Below, piece after piece: positions 54,143-55,776 of a DNA stretch of 55,776 bases (position 1 is the stretch's first letter; each line of letters opens with the position of its first letter). The stretch lies in the NCBI GenBank assembly GCA_017440145.1, contig JAFSHU010000071.1:1-55776 (forward strand), given 5' to 3'. The notes under the pieces were generated by a model. It saw only the letters and a list, made by a program, of their open reading frames with translations, did no database searches and was not told the origin of the DNA. Origin of the DNA: Bacillota bacterium (GTDB lineage: Bacteria > Bacillota > Dehalobacteriia > UBA4068). The position numbers and the translations under genes are program-made.

Positions 54143-55776
54143 TCAGCACCATTCCTGGCCTTCCGCTAAAGCAGACAGCTGCAGAATGGCCTGTTCCGTA
54201 GCCTGCTCCTGGCTCAGCTCGGTTTTCTTTCCCAAATAAGCGCCAAAATGTACCAGAACCCGGCGGCTCTGCAGCTCCGGCAAGCCTTCCAGCTGCGGAA
54301 TCTGCAAACGCCCGCCTTCCAGCAAGGCCAGCCCCGGGAAAACCTGCTTTTTCAGCCGCAGGCGCACAGCATACCAGCCTTCCGGCGGCAGAGCCTGGCT
54401 GGGCGCAAGCGGAAAGCCGCCGCCCTTCACCGTGCCATCCAGGGTGAACCAATAGCCAAGCATCTCCCGGACAGCCTCCAGCTCCCCGGCCTGCAAATGC
54501 TTTCGGATATTGGTAGATGAGACAAGCCCATAGGCACCATCCACCTCTTCGATGATGCTGACCCCGATGCCCCGCTCCCGGCAAAGGCTGCGCAGCGTCT
54601 CCGCTGTGCCTTTTCCACCGGCAGCAAAGGTAAAATTGAAGCCCACCACCAGCTCCCGGGCATGCAGCTGCCCCAGGATCACCTGCTCCACAAATTCCTC
54701 CGGGCTGAGATGCATCAGCTCTTCCGTAAAGGGCAGCGTCACCACAGCATCCATGCCCAATTCTTCTTTTGCCAGCTGCTTTTTCAGCCGCTCGGAAAGG
54801 AGCAGCGGCGGCGGTGTTCCCTTGATCAGAGCCAAAGGATGGGGCGAAAAGGTGAGCAGCGCGCTTTTGCCGCCCAAACGGCGTTTACGCCAAACGGCAT
54901 GCTGCAGCAAGGCCCGGTGTCCCAGATGCAGGCCGTCAAAATTGCCGATGGCGCAGACCGCATAGCTTTTCTGCTCCGGCGGGTCGATTGCCTCCACCAG
55001 CACCTTATCCATATTCAGCAGCCCATCTTCGCTCAAATGCCCGATGGCCAAAAGCTGCCCACGGGGATCCAATATCCGCAGAGGCTGCTCCATAGGAAGC
55101 GCCGCCTCCCGGCAGGGAGTGGCGTTGCCGTGGCTCAGAGCAGAAATCTCTTCTTCCCTGCATATCCAGGCTGGCAGATGGGACAGGGCATCGTTCATGG
55201 AAATGAGGAAGGAATGATCCCCCTTTTCCAGCATTTCTCCAATTTGTTCCAGATCATAGCTATTTTCCAGCAGAAAATCACCGACCCGTGTCCGCTGCAG
55301 AAAATCCAGATGTGCGCCGCAACCCAAAGCCTCTCCCAGATCATGGGCCAGGGAACGGATATAGGCACCCTGCCCGCAATCCACCAGCAGCTTTGCATGG
55401 GCTTCCGGCCCGGGGACAAAATCCAGCAGCTCCAGCCCGTAAATATGTACCGGCCTGGCCTCCACCTGAACCTCTTCGCCGCGGAGGACCTTCTTATAGA
55501 GCGCTTCCCCACCCTGCTTCAGGGCAGAAACCGCCGGCGGCGCCTGCAAAATCTCCCCACGAAAGGCGGGGAGCAGGGCTTCCAGCTGATCTTTTGTCAC
55601 AGCAGAGGGATCAGCGCTTGCCAGCACCTTTCCCTCCGCATCATAGCTGTCTGTGCTGATGCCAAAACGAACTCCGGCCAGGTACTGCTTGCCGCGGCCC
55701 ACCACATATTCTGCCAGTCTGGTGGCTTTCCCCAGGCAAACGGGAAGCACCCCCTGGGCCATGGGATCCAGGGTGC
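54143..55776 (-). CDS. truB-ribF: in-frame fusion of tRNA pseudouridine(55) synthase TruB and FAD synthetase RibF (N-terminus beyond window)
   Basis: The frame is open to the window edge. ..TLDPMAQGVLPV carries the TruB catalytic Asp motif and is followed by a PUA-like region. With no intervening stop, AIGNFDGLHLGHRAL and SSTNIR (FMN adenylyltransferase motifs) then follow. The C-terminal ~105 aa only weakly resemble a riboflavin kinase. Confidence 0.85.
   Translation of the reverse strand, partial: TLDPMAQGVLPVCLGKATRLAEYVVGRGKQYLAGVRFGISTDSYDAEGKVLASADPSAVTKDQLEALLPAFRGEILQAPPAVSALKQGGEALYKKVLRGEEVQVEARPVHIYGLELLDFVPGPEAHAKLLVDCGQGAYIRSLAHDLGEALGCGAHLDFLQRTRVGDFLLENSYDLEQIGEMLEKGDHSFLISMNDALSHLPAWICREEEISALSHGNATPCREAALPMEQPLRILDPRGQLLAIGHLSEDGLLNMDKVLVEAIDPPEQKSYAVCAIGNFDGLHLGHRALLQHAVWRKRRLGGKSALLTFSPHPLALIKGTPPPLLLSERLKKQLAKEELGMDAVVTLPFTEELMHLSPEEFVEQVILGQLHARELVVGFNFTFAAGGKGTAETLRSLCRERGIGVSIIEEVDGAYGLVSSTNIRKHLQAGELEAVREMLGYWFTLDGTVKGGGFPLAPSQALPPEGWYAVRLRLKKQVFPGLALLEGGRLQIPQLEGLPELQSRRVLVHFGAYLGKKTELSQEQATEQAILQLSALAEGQEWC

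Noticed and set aside
1-55776. Whole-window scan for CRISPR arrays, IS or transposase genes, prophage modules, restriction-modification, toxin-antitoxin or other known defence genes, and rRNA.
   Set aside because: None was seen. The only repeats found are the two hairpin copies (15.6/16.8 kb), the 18-nt direct repeat (41.4 kb), the operator palindromes and the in-gene protein repeats.

Overview
This is a GC-rich chromosomal core region of Firmicutes/Clostridia type; that taxonomic call is inferred from gene content and synteny. Most genes lie on the minus strand and are housekeeping. Blocks in coordinate order: (1) 1-5.7 kb holds an uncharacterised plus-strand cluster of two translationally coupled double-zinc-ribbon proteins, two lipoproteins and a large tandem-repeat surface protein with a C-terminal SLH triad. 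(2) 5.8-15.3 kb holds the conserved ispG-rseP-dxr-(AI-2E permease)-cdsA-uppS / ferredoxin / frr-pyrH-tsf-rpsB block. (3) 15.3-16.8 kb is an AT-rich spacer with a secreted-protein gene, bounded by two near-identical hairpins. (4) 16.8-31.3 kb holds hslU-(Zn-ribbon membrane protein)-hslV-xerC-(ABC exporter)-trmFO-topA-(phzF)-dprA-ddl-murF-(alpha/beta hydrolase). (5) 31.4-38.5 kb holds envelope and isoprenoid genes: SH3b protein, GT4/WecA-like transferase, murJ, lipoprotein, ispA-xseB-xseA. (6) 38.6-41.4 kb holds apbE convergent with an overlapping NTPase / NusG-domain-II / Gx-transporter operon. (7) 41.7-44.6 kb holds AI-2E permease-birA and a BirA-operator-controlled bioY. (8) 44.7-53.5 kb holds a Zn-ribbon membrane protein, MATE pump, tRNA-Met/tRNA-Glu, small transporters, an XRE regulator, iorAB and tspO. 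(9) 53.7-55.8 kb holds rpsO and an in-frame truB-ribF fusion that runs off the window. I found no CRISPR array, IS or transposase, prophage genes or recognisable defence or toxin genes, so there is no clear-cut novel system. The best candidates for undescribed biology are the overlapping NTPase/NusG_II/Gx-transporter operon next to apbE, the Zn-ribbon membrane protein wedged inside hslVU, the TruB-RibF fusion with a degenerate kinase module, the membrane-anchored MurF, the hairpin-bounded cassette where codY is expected, and the coupled zinc-ribbon/lipoprotein/SLH cluster. All family assignments come from motif recognition by eye and need HMM or BLAST confirmation.
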